A DNA stretch of 64,000 bases from the human T2T-CHM13v2.0 reference genome, Homo sapiens, in the NCBI RefSeq assembly GCF_009914755.1, contig NC_060931.1. One strand, written 5' to 3'. The notes beneath the pieces are model-generated. The model saw only the letters and a program-made list of their open reading frames with translations. It was not told the DNA's origin and did not search any database. Shown here in pieces: positions 41,600-55,742 of the stretch. Each line of letters starts with the position of its first letter. Position 1 is the first letter of the stretch. The position numbers and the translations under genes are program-made.

Positions 41600-42600
41600 G
41601 GACCATTATCTTTCACATGTCAATTCATTGACTTCCTTATTTCCAATGACTTCCTTTTCCTCTTCACCTTAACAACCTACTTTCTTCTTCATGCCTTGCC
41701 CCTATAAGTGCCCCATCCTGTAACTGCTAATTCAAGGATCTAACTTCCTGACCCAATTCTCCTCTATTTTCAGCATACTTGTTCAGTAGTTCTCATTATG
41801 CCCATCCATAGATCTTTTTGGCTCCTCCTATTCTGCCAACTCATTTTCCAGTTCATCATGTTTCCCTTCTATTCGCAACCCTTATATTCAGTTTAAACTT
41901 TAAGTTATATTACATCAATAAAGTCACTATTATCATAAATTCCTTTTCACTTTCTTTTTGTCACATCTCTATGGCAGAATCCCATTCCTAGATGAAGCCA
42001 ACTGTCTGCTTTACTTGTACTGGTGCCCAGGTAGCACAAAGGTCTTTGAGAAAATATTATAATATAACATACTTTTTCTTCTAAAAATCATAACATGACT
42101 TCAGACAAACTCTTAGTATTGTTGGCAATCATGGTTCGTACCTCTGGGCAATCTTCCCACTATGCACATTGATATTTCAAAGTTTCTATACTCTTCTCAG
42201 ATGTCTAATATATACATTCCCACTCAATTCCTCAATGTCAGCGTATTATCTTATTTTCTATTTATAGAGGGAAAAAAAGAGAAATAGACAAAAGAATAAC
42301 CAATTCCCAAATGTCGCTGTACTTCTACCCATCGTCCTCTCCCTCTTACAGTGGAAGAACTGGTCCTTCATGTCCTCCTGGCCAAGACTAAAGTGACTCC
42401 ATCTGTTTTCTCAGAAACTGTAGGCTATTGCTTGTCTTCTTACCTTTTCCTTTTAATTACATCCAATACCCCCATCTACTGGACTATTTGCAGTGACAAT
42501 TGAGCATGTTCAAATCACTTCTACCAAAACAAAACCAAAAAACAACAGCAAATAACTTTTGTAGCACATTTCTCAAAGAAATTGTCCATGCTCAATTAGT
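41600..42600 (+). mobile_element. Probable degraded L2 body
   Basis: Pyrimidine-rich degraded LINE2-like sequence; family assignment is weak. Confidence 0.4.
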
Positions 42601-42976
42601 ATTTGAATAAACAAAGACATTATTTGAAAATATTTGGCTTATCAAAATATTTCATTTTGAGAAGGACTTTCACTGCGTAAAAGCTTTAAATCTAAATGTA
42701 TATTTATTGAATTTCTACTGTATTGAGTATTAGGGAGATAGTATATACAGGAGAGTTCTCTCTATTTATCGATGGGCTTACTGTCTAGTAGGGAAGACTG
42801 GCAAGTAAACATTAACAACACAACTTTATTTATGCTATATAAATGTATATGTATGGACTATGGAAGCATACACAAAAGCAACTGAAAATTTAAAATGAAA
42901 ATACAACATAATTTTTACTGAGGTAGGGTAAAATTAAGACAAATGTGCTTTTAACTTAAAATGAGAAATGTTCTCC

Positions 42977-45595
42977 TTTTAAACTTTTATCTTAGGTTCA
43001 GGAGTACATGTGCAGGTTTGTTATATGGGTAAATTGCATGTCATGAGGGTTTGGTGTACAGATTAGTTCATCACCCAGGTAATAAGCATAATACCCAATA
43101 GGCAGTTTTCCTATTCTTCTCCCTTCTTCCATCCTCCACCCTCAAGTAGGACCTGGTGTCTCTTGTTTCCTCCTTTGTGTGCATGTGTTTTCAGTGTTTA
43201 GCTCCCACTTATAGGTAAGAACATGGAGTATTTAGTTTTCTGTTCCTGCATTAGTTCCCTTAGAAAAATGGCCTCCAGCTCCATTCATGTTGCTGCAGAG
43301 GACAAGATCTTGTACTTTAGCATGGCTGCATAGTATTCCATAGTGTATATATACCACATTTTCTTTTTCTAGTCTACCATTGGTGGGCACTTAGGTTGAT
43401 TCCACATCTTTGCTATGATGAATAGTGCTGCCATGAACATATGCATGCAAATGTCTTTATGGTAGACCCATTTCTATTATTTTGAGTATATACCCAATAA
43501 TGAGATTGCTGAGTTGATGGGTAGTTCTATTTTTAGTTCAAGAACTCTCCAAACTACTTTCCACAGGGGCTGAACAAATTTATATTCCCACCAACAATGT
43601 AGAAGCATTTTCTTTCCTCTGCAGCCTTGCCAATATCTGTTATTTTAAAACTTTTTAATAATATCCATTCTGACTGGTATGAGATGGTATCTCATTGTGA
43701 TTTTGATTTGCATTTCTCTGATGATTAGTGAGGTTGAGTATTTTTTCATATATTTGTTGGCTGCTTGTATGTCTTCTTTTGAGAAGTTTATGTTCTTTAC
43801 CTGCTTTTTAATGGGGCTATTTGTTTTTTTATTCTTGTTGATTTGTTTATTTTCCTTGTGGATTCCAGATGTTACTCCTTTTGTCAGGTGCATAGTTTGT
43901 AAATATTTTCTCCCATTCCGTAGGTTGTCTGTTCATAGTTTCTTTTGCTGTTCAGAAGGTCTTTAGTTTAATTCCACCCTGATTGTCAATTTTTATTTTT
44001 GTTGAATTTCCTTTTGAGGACTTAGTCATACATTATTTCCCTACACCAATGACCAGAAGAATATTTCCCAGGTTTTTTCTAGGATTTTTATAGTTTTTGT
44101 TTATAAATTTAATTCTTCAACTAATTTTGAGTTCTTTTTTGTATATGGTGAGAGGTTGGGGTCCAGTTTCATTCTTCATAACCATACCTCATATGGTTAG
44201 CCAATGAGGAATCCTTTTCCTATTGCTTATTCTTGTTTACTCTGTCAAAGATCAGTTGGTTGTACATGTGTGGCTTTATTTCTGGGTTGTCTATTCTGTT
44301 CTATTGTCTATGTGTCCATTTTTGTATCAGTACCATGCTGTGTTGGTTACTGTAGCCTTATAGTATTTTAAAGTCTTGTAATGTGATGCCTTCACCTTTG
44401 TTCTTTTTTCTTAGGATTTCCTTGGCCATTTTGGCTCTATTTTAGTTCTATATGAATGTTAGAATAGTTTTTACTAATTACTTGAAGAATATCTTTGGTA
44501 GTTTGGTAGGAATAGCATTGATTCTATAAATTGCTTTGGATAGTATGGTCATTTTAACATTATTGATTCTTTCTACCCATAAGCATGGAATGTTTTTGCA
44601 TTTGTTTGTGTCATCTCTGATTTATTTGAGCAGTGTTTTATAATACTTGTTATAGAGATATTTTACCTCTCTGGTTAGTGATATTCCTACTAGGTATCTT
44701 ATTCTTTTCTTGGTATTGTGAATAGGATTACATTCTCATTGTGTATAGGATTTTGTGAATGGGCTATTGTGACTAGGATTTGGGTCTCAATTTGTACTTT
44801 GTTGGTGCATAGAAATGCTACTGATATTCTTACATTGATTTTGTATACTGAAGCTTTGCTGAAGTTGTTTTTCAGATCTAGGAGCTTTTCGGCAGAGACT
44901 ATGGGGTTTTCTAGGTATAGAATCATATCGTCTGCAAACAGATAGTTTGACTTCTTCACTTTTTATTTGGATGCCTTTTCTTTCTTTCTCTTACCTGATT
45001 GCTCTGGCTAGGACTTCCAGTACTATGTTGAATAGGAGAGGTGAGAGTGGGCATCATTTTCTTGTACCATTTCCCAAGGGGAATACTTCAAGCCTTCGCC
45101 CATTCAGTATGATGTTGGCTTTGGATTTGTCATAGATGGCTGTTATTGTTTTAAGGTATATTACTTCAATGCCCAGTTTATAGGTAGTTTTTAATATTAA
45201 GGGATGTTAAAATTTTTCAAAAGTCTTTTCTGTGTCTATTGAGATGATCATGTGGTTTTTGCTTAAGTGATGAATCACATTTATTGATTTGTGTATGTTG
45301 AACCAACCTTGCATCTCAGGAATAAAGCCAACTTGGTAGATTAGCTTTTTGTTGTGCTGTTGGATTTGGTTTGGTATATTTTGTTGAAGATTTTTTTGCA
45401 TCTATGTTCATCAAGGATGTTGGCCTGAAGTGATCTTTCTGTGGGTGTCTCTGCCAGGTTTTGGTATCAGGATGATGCTGGATTAATAGAATGAGTTAGG
45501 GAGGAGTACTTCCTCCCTAAGAGAATAGTTTTTAAGAATAGTTTCAGTAGAAATGGTACCAGCTCTTCTTTTTACATCTGACAGAGTTTGACTGT
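42977..45595 (-). mobile_element. ~2.6 kb 5'-truncated L1PA (older, L1PA14-16-like)
   Basis: ORF2 fragments [35 protein letters not shown] and [17 protein letters not shown]; the 3'UTR is on the left. Confidence 0.95.
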
Positions 45596-45659
45596 TGTAT
45601 TGGAACTGTAGCATAGTGTGTATTTATGTCTACAAATTTTATATAAATTTTGCGAGGTC

Positions 45660-45751
45660 ATTTTAGTCAAGACTTGCACAAGTATTTATTAAAATTTATT
45701 ATAAATTAATGAATAATAGATTTTAATACTTGTGCAAGTCCCGACTCAAAT
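45660..45751. repeat. 92-bp imperfect palindrome
   Basis: gtcaagacttgcacaagtatt...aatacttgtgcaagtcccgac; symmetry continues inward to a central attaat. Confidence 0.9.
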
Positions 45752-46113
45752 TAAAGGATCTTAGATTTTACTCTAAAATCTTCTAATTACCCATCAAATC
45801 TTTCCAATATTTAAATTCGGTCTATTTTTTTCAAGTGACCACTCTTTCTTTCTTCTATAATGAGTTCCTGGTGTTGACTTACAGTTCATAATGTTTTTGT
45901 TTCAGTTTACCAACTCTGGGAAACTCTCTGTATCAGAATAAATCTCCCAGAAAGAACACTTAGCAACATTATATTTTAAAAAATCATCTGTTTGAAGCCA
46001 CACGAGAATTGATGACATGAATACCCAATACGTGGGTAAAGTAAAATAAATACTAAAATATTAAAATAACAGTGATATATTGTGGAATTTATGCATGCAT
46101 AGACATGGATATA

Positions 46114-46152
<39 letters not shown>

Positions 46153-46189
46153 AAGAGAAAGAGAGAGGAGAGAGAGAGAGAGAGAGAGA
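46114..46189. repeat. Compound (TG)n(AG)n microsatellite
   Basis: Read directly from the sequence. Confidence 0.95.
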
Positions 46190-49100
46190 AGCAGTAATAT
46201 TTAAACCCTAAGTTATAATTACATGAAATGTAAATGGACTAAATACTCAAATTGAAAGAAAAATATTGCCAGAGTAAACAAAAAATTAAAATCATTTCTA
46301 TATTACTTACAAACGGGGCAGCTTAATTATAAAGCTGTAAAAAGATTGAAAGCAAAATGCTGTAAAAGATACTAACCAAAATGGCTGATAAAGTTATCCA
46401 ATATCATACAAAGTAGATTTTTAAACTGAGACATTCTAGAGATAAGGATAATTTACAGCGAAAATGGGTTAACATACAGGTATCTCAGTCCATTTTGTTG
46501 CTATAACAGAATACTGGAGGCTGGATAATTTGTAAAGAAAAGAAGTTTATTTGGCTTATGATTCTGGTGACTAGAAATTCCAAGAGCATGGGTGCTGGCG
46601 TCTGCTTGGCTTCTGGTGATGGTCATGTGCTGTGTCACAACATGGCAGAGAAGTAGAACAGCAAGTGGGTGTGTATAAAGAGAGGCACAGAAGAATCTGG
46701 GCTCACTTTATAACAACCTGTTATTTGAGGAACTGGTATATTTTCAAGAGAGTGAGAGAACTCACTCACTCCCATAAACTTACTCATTCCCACAAGATGA
46801 CATTAATTTATTCATGAGGGCATTGCCCCCATGATCCAAACACCTTCCGCTAGGCCCTGTCTCCAAACACGGCTACATTGGGAATTAAATTTCAGCATGA
46901 GTTTCAGTGAGGACAAATCAGAGCTAAATCATAAGCAATAGAACAGACACATAATTCTATATACACAACTCTATATTCATATGTACCTAGTAACATAGCT
47001 TGAAGGCATGTGAAGCTATAACTTGTACATCTACAGGGAAAGTTAATCAAATCCACCATCATTTGACTTGAATGAATTTCTCTCAATAAATGATAGAACA
47101 GACAAAAATTAAGTGTGTAGAAGATTTAAAAATACAATAACAAGTGGTTATATAGATACATTAAGTTTTAAAAACTAATGCTTGAATAATTAAATCCCAA
47201 TAAAATAAAAAATATTTTAATTGAAAGATAATGAAAAGATACCATTTAAAAACCTGTGGCTTAAAGCAAATCAGTACTTAGAGAGAAGCTTATGGCCCTA
47301 AATAAATATCTTAGAAACAAGATTAAAAATAAGTATTGCTCTCAATAAGTGGTTAGAAGAACAGTTCAGTAAATCTAAAGAAATTAAAAGGAATACAATA
47401 GTAAAGAAAGTAGCAAAGATCAATGAAATAGTAAGCAGGAATAAAATAGAGAGGGTAAGCAAAGCCAATAAATAGTTCTTTACCAAGATTAATAAAATTA
47501 ATAAACTTTTAGTAAGATGGTTGGAGAGACAGAAGCAGAGGGAGAGAGAAAAAGGCAGTATGAATTATAAATTTCAGTAATGAGAGAAGTAATAAAATTA
47601 GATATTCTACAGACTTTCAAAGTCTAATAAAATAATATTAACGACCCTCTGTTATTGAGTTTAAAAATGTAAGGGTAATGGGCAAACTTAGAAAATATTC
47701 AAAACTAACAAAATAATAAATAGCAAACATATTAAGAAGCTTTAGGCATAATTTTAAAAGTTCCCACAAAGGAAACATTTAGACTCAAATAGCTTTACTG
47801 GTGAAATAATTCTTTCAGCAATTTTTAGAAATAAATAACCTCAGTCCCTTACAAACTCTTTAAACAGAGAAAAGGGAAACACCAAATATCAGCATAATCT
47901 TGATGATAAAATCTGACAGGTACCTTATGAGAAAGAAAAATTATAGACCAAATTCATTATAAAAATACATGTTAAAACCTTTAACATGACATTAGCAAAC
48001 CAAATCCAATGGCATATGAAATGAATAGCCTATCCAGGAATGTACACTTTTGATAATTAATGAATTTGATAGATTCAATATATTAAGAGCGTAATAGATG
48101 TTAAAACGCTTTGTCCAATTTTACTTTTGTAAAATTAGAAATAGAAAAGAACTTCCTTAGTCTCATAAAGAGTATATACATAAAAGATAAGAAGAAAATA
48201 TATTTAATTGTGGGATCCTGATAAGTTTTTCTGTGAGTTGGGGAAGAAGGCATTACATGTTATACAAACTCAATAAAATGGACGGATCTATCTGTATATT
48301 CTTGCATTGGAAGTCTCCATATTGTACAAATGTTAGTTCTACTGAAATTGGTGCAAGGTTGTATGGAATATTAATCAATGAAGGGCAATTCATAGAGTTC
48401 AAAAATATTGCAATATTCTGGTTTAGGTACTTTCATCTAGAATATGTAATAGTCTCCTACAAGTCCATTTAAAAAGACAGAAAATCTAACAAAACTACTT
48501 TACACTTGAGGTGGTACAATACAAAAGAGAATATTCAAATGGCTAAAATAACATACAAAAAGGTGCTTAACCTCATTAGACCTTGGAGGAATGCAAATTA
48601 AATCCATGAGCTACAACCGCACATCCACAAGAATGGCTAAAACTACATGCTGGTTATTACTCATGATTGGGAAGATTGTAGAGCAAACGAAACTCATACA
48701 TTGGTGGTTAAAGTGTAAATTGGTACAACAACCTTGCAGAACTGTTTGATAATATCTGGTAAAGCTGCACCTATACAAAACCTATGACTCAATATTATCA
48801 TCACTGGCTCTTTAACCATCAGAAATGCATACATGCATTCATTAAAAAAAAGTCCACAGCATTAATAGTAATAGAGAAAAGCTGTAATCTACCCCAATGT
48901 TCATTAAAAGGTATAATGGATGAATATATTGTGATATATTAGTATAATGAAATACTATATGGCCATGAATATAAAAATATTTCTACATGAAATAATAGCA
49001 AGAATAAATCTCATGAGCATAATGTTTAGTGAAAGAAGTCTGATACAAAAGCACACAAAGTGGTACTATTCCATTTATATAAAGTTCAATCCCTGGCAGG

Positions 49101-49300
49101 ATAAATCCCTTGTGTAAAGAGTCTGGCTACGAGTTACTATTGTGGGAAGGAGTAGTGTCTGAGAGGGGCATGGAGGAGTCTCTGAATTGATAGTAGAAAT
49201 CTATATCGTGGGTGGGCAGAGTTAGATGGATCTATTCCATTGAACAGTATTTGTGATATATGTGCTTTTCTATATAAATGTTGAACTTGAATATAAACCT
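46190..49300 (+). mobile_element. Old L1M (degraded ORF2 to 3'UTR) interrupted by a MaLR LTR
   Basis: aatgtaaatggactaaa...gaatgcaaattaaa...agaatggctaaa...gtgtaaattggtacaac...gtgaaagaag. Confidence 0.75.
46479..46936 (-). mobile_element. MaLR LTR (MST/MLT1A-like)
   Basis: tctcagtccattttgttgctataacagaatac...cccccatgatccaaacacct...aaatttcagcatgagttt. Confidence 0.88.
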
Positions 49301-51146
49301 TTGAAATCTCTATGATTTGGAATTATTAGAGATATGGGATGTTCATATGAGAAAAAGAGAAACCTGTTATTTTTTAAGCTTGAGAATGTTTTCCATCAAA
49401 AACAGGATGGTATAACAAAAGGGAATAGACTTTGGGATCAGGCAATTTTGAATTCTAATTTTAAATTTATTGCCTACCAGCTTTATGAAACTGAACACCA
49501 GAACACATCACCTAATTGATTTGAATAGGTAAAACATGCCTTATAAGAATACATACTGTGTCAATAGACCCGTGTTTGTTGGTTGGTTAGCATTTTTTGC
49601 GTGTTTAGTGCTGTTTAAGGAGTAAAGCCAGTGTCCTCTCAGAATGACCCAGAGCCAATAGATGTGGGTTTGATGGTTACTACATTTCTGCTTTTACTCA
49701 CTTGGAAAAGTCCAATTTAGAAAAAAATATAAGGTGCTTTTTTACACACAATTCATAATTACTTTGCTTTGCAATCCTTGCTCTTTCATGGTTAGTTCCT
49801 AGGCACGTCAAAACAGCAAAAATAAACAGACTAATTTTCCTATACTGAGGACTCACTCAGGAAACTCATTTATCTCTTCTGTGCCAAAAGTAAATATCTT
49901 CACGGTCTCCCTGCTTTGCCTTTTAGGTGACTCAGAACACCTGGTTGCCAATTGCTAGCTGATGATAATTAGCTTTCAATTATCACCAGTTACATTTTCA
50001 CCTGTTCAATTTGCAAATTCCTGAATTTTTTGGCTTGTTCCATTAACAAGTTCTGATCTCGTCTGTCTTCAGTGCACCTGGCAATGTGAGAGTGAGGAAA
50101 CAGTTCTTTCACTGGGGAATTCCCCTTTCATCTGCCATTCTGTCCAGTTTTATCCATCTGGTGTTAAACCGGGACATGCTCCGCAGAGACCCATGGAAAG
50201 ACCTATGTTGTTAGTCTCTTATGCTTCCAGTGCTGTCTTGATTTCTGAAAGTGTTTCTATGGCTTTTCTCACTTTATTCACAACCAGCCAAATAATCCTT
50301 TATTTCTGTAAATTAGCGTTAAGAGATGACCAAAACAATATCCAGGCAATGTAACAAATAAGTGTATTTTTTAACAATGGAGGGGCCTCTTAATAAAATT
50401 CAACAATGACTTAAGACTCAATAGATCTGGAAATGAAGTGAAGTTAGTGGAGATAATGCAGTAAGATTTTGAGCAGGAATAGGAAAATATTCTAGTGAAA
50501 TTTGTTGGTAGTTACATTTGAAGACATTCATTCGTATCAATTAAACAGAAGATATTCACTATCTGATACGTGGTCTTGGAATAAACATAAATTAAAATGG
50601 AATCCTATAAATATTATGTTAACACCATGCACAAGGCAATATTGCATTATAAGATAATATTAAACTTAGTGTTAAGTGGACACATCATATTGACTTATAC
50701 CTTAAAGGACATATAATTCACTAAATCATTCACATATTTTGGGGTATTTGTGTTGCCTCTGTTTCTTACATTATTAAGAGTAACACTGCAATGAACATCC
50801 TTCTATTTTTATGCCTTTTAGTATATTTATGGAAAATTATTTGTCAAAGGGTATATAACTCATAAAGAATTTTAAAATAACATTGAAAAAACAAAACAAG
50901 GTTGCTTAAATTTTTCACTATTTTCTATTTAAAATCGTTGCTTAAATTATAAAACAACAAAACTAGGACATTAAAAGTACTATAAAGAGAAAAAACCTCC
51001 AGCACCTTTCTCTAACTTTGTATTTAATTTTGCGTATCTTCTTATTTTTACCAACATATATCATTTTAACCATGGTTTACAATAAATACTATGTTTTTAA
51101 TTTAGTAATGTTTAATGTTTTTCTGTTCCCACACTTTTTATTACTA

Positions 51147-51225
51147 TTAGGGGGTGCAAACTTAATTGCGATTTTTGCCATCAGTTTTAATGGCAAAAAC
51201 CATAATTACATTTGTACCAATCTAA
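51147..51225. mobile_element. MADE1 MITE (Hsmar1-derived) with TA target duplication
   Basis: ta|ttagggggtgcaaacttaattgcgatttttgcca...tggcaaaaaccataattacatttgtaccaatctaa|ta. Confidence 0.92.
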
Positions 51226-54079
51226 TATAATGATGCAAATTAGTTCACTAAAATTGTGTATTATAATTTACTAAATCATTCCTGTAGTTTGGGGGTTTTT
51301 GTGTTGCCTCTGTTTCTTAAATTATCATGAGTTACACTGCAAGGAACATCCTTCTGTGTTTATTCCTTTTAGAATATTTATGGGAAATTATGTGTCAAAG
51401 GGTATGAACCATTTCTTATGCACCTTGGTATAATACCAAACTGCCTTTGCAAATATTATTAATTCGTGTTTTCGAATTCCAAATCTATATTACTAAAATG
51501 ATAATGTTAACTATTTTTACATTTTTTTCAACACGGATATCTTTTTACCTTTTTATATTACAAATTAAATAATGCTTAATGAAGGGAACTTACAAAATAG
51601 GAATATTACAAAGAAAAACAAAACCAAAGTTAACATGATTCTATGACCTGAAAAATTCCTTAGCATTTCAAATATGTTTTAAATTTTTATAGAAAATATT
51701 TAAAAACTGAATTAAAATGGTGATATTTTAAAACAATTAATAATATCCATTTCATAGTTTAATCTTCCTAATTACATTTTGAATTTTTTTGGATGTAAGC
51801 ATCATGCCTTACGTTTATTTTGAATCTGCACAGTACAAATCATAGTTCTGTCATATGAAATATATTCAAATACTTGAAAAATTGGTGAAGTCCACTATGT
51901 TCCCAGAAGGAGGCATGCACATTTTACAAAATCCAATTTACTTGAACTAAAAACTTATTTTAATATATTAAGTTTTTGCTATCTCATAAATATGATTTAA
52001 TTTTATATTTATTCATTTACTCAGGGGATTTCTTGAGTGGCAAGCAAAACACCAAGAAAGATGTGGTTATTCTAAGATAGGCCATAGGCTGCATAGAAAA
52101 GACTTTATTGAAAGAGTAAAACTTGATCTGAATATTAAAAGATGCTGATAGACAGTAAATAGGTGTTTATTAGGCTTAAGTGGATAAGAGAAGTATTTCA
52201 GAAAGAAGACACAGCCATCAAAGCCTCAACCATGTGAGGGAACCATGACACTGACAACAGCTTGATGTGAGGAAGAAGTGTTAAGAGCTTGTAGAAGTAG
52301 GCAGAAGCCAGACCAGAGAGGACATGATGTATCAAGCTAAGGATAGTTACCAAAGGTATTACAACACAGGTACTGACTTTGTAATTGGAAAATTTCTAAT
52401 GATATATAATTAAATAGACATTTATTACGTCAAAGCCAAAATTTCCTAAATCCCAGGGAACATGTTTCATGAAACTAGTCAGTATAAACTGATGTCTGTG
52501 GAAGTAACTTCTTAAATACAAAATTAGAGAATCATTGTTTCACGCATATGTTCACAATCTAAGCAATGCAGACAGTATATTTAAGGGTCATCTCCCTCGT
52601 ATGGTAAATGCATGAAAAGGCAACTTTAAGACTTCATCTCAACTAGAATTTAACCCTCAAATCTCAACTATTAATACCATCATATCTCTTAAAACAGTAG
52701 GTTCTAACTATGCAGATACATATACTAGATGACAATTTACTCCCATACAAACCTTTTCTCCTTAAAACTAGCATTCTGATTTTTAAAAATGGCAGTAAAT
52801 ATTAATGAAGCATGAGAAAAGGTAGATGGGGATGATAGCTAAGCTGAGCCACCAAAGATGGCCAGAGACCAAGAATATATTCAATGCATGCTCAACAATT
52901 TTAAGTGAAGTAGGCATGTCAGACCAAAGGATATGGCTCTGAGTGTACATCGAAATATACACAAGTGATATCGTTGGACCCACAACAAGCAGTAGTGCTC
53001 AGTCTGAATGTTCAAGAGGAATTCAACATATTTCATTTGTAGTTGAGCATTTCTTTAGTATTACAAATAGTATTTCTGGAGCCTCTGTATGGTCCCTCAA
53101 TTAAGATTTGATGCATTTTAGTTCAGCTGCCTGGGAATGTGCCAGGCATTATGGGGCAGTGCTGCAACTTTCTCAGACTTCTGCAAGAAACTAGTGTAGG
53201 ATGTAGAAGAGTTTATAGTAATTATTAAACTATTTGTATTGGCTTTAATTTCTGGGCCTGGATAAGAAAATATGGTTGTAATTGTTTCAATTACTTAATT
53301 CCCATTCCATGTTTTTTTCTGACTTTAGAATGTTCATTCCAATGATGTCTGATTGCAGAACTTTAGTCTGTGGATTTTTATGCACTCTTACACCACTGAA
53401 GTTTTTGCTATAAATACTGAAAAATGTAGTCAGCAAGAAAGCGCTTATGGAAACTTTAAAGATCTGACATATACCAGTGAGTATGCTATCTCTATTTGGA
53501 TAGTCAGTAACTGCTTGCGTTGATAAGCCACTTAAAAACTGCCACCTTCAGTGGTTCACTGATTCTGTGATTTATATTTCTGCAATTTGGTATATATCAT
53601 ATAAATATCTTCTAAAAATTATACTCTTGTACGTTTGGTTTGCCTGGGGCTTTTAGGAGGTATGATATATTTTTTGATATCTTCACTTATTCACCTGAGA
53701 GTTAAATGTGTTATTTGTCACTCTCAATGTTATCACACTCCTTCTAGGTAAAATAATTATGAAAGTCGGAAAATTTCTATTGTTTACATGAGGAGAAAAT
53801 TCCCAGAAAATCTAGGTATTTTCCTCACTTCTGTGAATTCACATTTCTTGATAACTGATGAGTTTATATAAACTACTTGTACTTGCTGCCCTCTTAAAAA
53901 ATGGCCCTAGGACTGAGATGGCATCTACACGTATAATAGCAGAGAATGAAGGATTAAAATCATAGTATTTCCATACTGTGAATTACAACTTACCTATTGC
54001 AAATGTTTTAGAATATTGAGTGAAGTCTCACTTTCATTTGCTTCTTTGTGATATGTGAATGTTTGCAATGCTCCAATTA

Positions 54080-54458
54080 AAACAAAAGCTACATTTCCCA
54101 GCTTTTCTTTATCCCAAAGGGTAAATATATAACTTTGGTTGTTGAATTATGAGAAGAAGTTGCCAGGTGGGAGCAGTTTCAGCTAGCACCTCCCATCTGT
54201 TTTCTCCTTTCATTTCGTGTAACAGAGACACATGTGTGACAGTGGAGCAACCATTTTGCCTCCACAAGATGGCAAGAATAAGAGTGGTGTCACTTTCTAA
54301 AGAGACTATATTTATCTTGAGCACCATGAGCCTGCCGTGTCAGAATTACACCATCTATGTCTGATCTTGTTGTGTGAAAAAATAATCTCTTTTTGCTTAA
54401 ACCACTACAGCTTGGGTTTTCTCTTACTTGTAGCCAAGTTAATATCCTAACTCATATA
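54080..54458 (+). mobile_element. MLT1 (J/K-like) LTR fragment
   Basis: ctacatttcccagc...gcaaccattttg...gcttaaaccact...tgggttttct.ttacttgtagcc...tcctaact. Confidence 0.65.
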
Positions 54459-55192
54459 CCAGACAAAAAATGTTTACTACATGTACTAAATTTAATACAT
54501 TTATAATATAACGCTAAGTTTTTTAAAAAAGAAATGTGAACTTTTGCTTCTGGAATAACTGCTGTGGAATTACTCTCTCCAGACAAACAACCAGAAAAAT
54601 GAAACTACGATAAAACCACCATTTCAGATGTTGGACAGCCAGCAGAGCAGGACTGAGATCCCTGAGAGAAGGCAAACGCATAGTGTGGGCCATATGCTTG
54701 ACCAGACATATTGCCTGGAGGCAATTTCTGGATGGCCATGCAAAAAAGGAAAATCCATGAAGAGTCTGTAAGTCTTCCTGATTTGAGGAGAAGGGTGTTG
54801 TCTAATCAGAAATGAAGAGGTATACGAAGACATAAATATGGCCCAAAATGGGGAAAAAGATCAATAAGTATAAACAGTTGTAAAAAAATTACTAAAATGA
54901 TGAACAAGAACATTAAAAAAGTCATTATGGTCAATATGCACAAAAATTTCAGAACTGAAAATATAGATAAAAAAGCAAGTTAGAACTTCTAGAGATGAAA
55001 AATACAATGTCTAAAATAAAAATTTTATGGGGTTAACAGTTTACACACTGCATGATAAAAGACCAGTGAACATTAAAATGAAGCATCAAAAACTAACCAA
55101 AGTGAAATACGGAGAGTAAAAATACTGAACAACAAACAGAACCTCAGTGACCTATGAGACACTATCATGTTTATTTAACATATGTGAAATTG

Positions 55193-55742
55193 AGAACTAG
55201 AAATACCATTTGACCCAGCCATCCCATTACTGGGTATATACCCAAAGGACTATAAATCATGCTGCTATAAAGACACATGCACACGTATGCTTATTGCGGC
55301 ATTATTCACAATAGCAAAGACTTGGAACCAACCCAAATGTCCAACAATGATAGACTGAATTAAGAAAATGTGACACATATACACCATGGAATACTGTGCA
55401 GCTGTGAAAAATGATGAGTTCATGTCCTTTGTAGGGACATGGATGAAATTGGAAATCATCATTCTCAGTAAACTATCGCAAGAACAAAAAACCAAACACC
55501 GCATATTCTCACTCCTAGGTCGGAAATGAACAATGAGAACACATGGACACAGGAAGGGGAACATCACACTCTGGGGACTGTTGTGGGGTGGGGGAAGCGG
55601 GGAGGGATAATTTTAGGAGATATACCTAATGCTAGATGACGAGTTAGTGGGTGCAGCGCACCAGCATGGCACATGTATACATATGTAACTAACTTGCACA
55701 TCGTGCACATGTACCCTAAAACTGAAAGTATAATAAAAAAAA
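55193..55742 (+). mobile_element. Young 5'-truncated L1 (L1PA2-like) with 13-bp TSD
   Basis: gctagatgacgagttagtgggtgcagcgcaccagcatggc; TSD atatgtgaaattg at 55180-55192 and 55743-55755. Confidence 0.93.
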
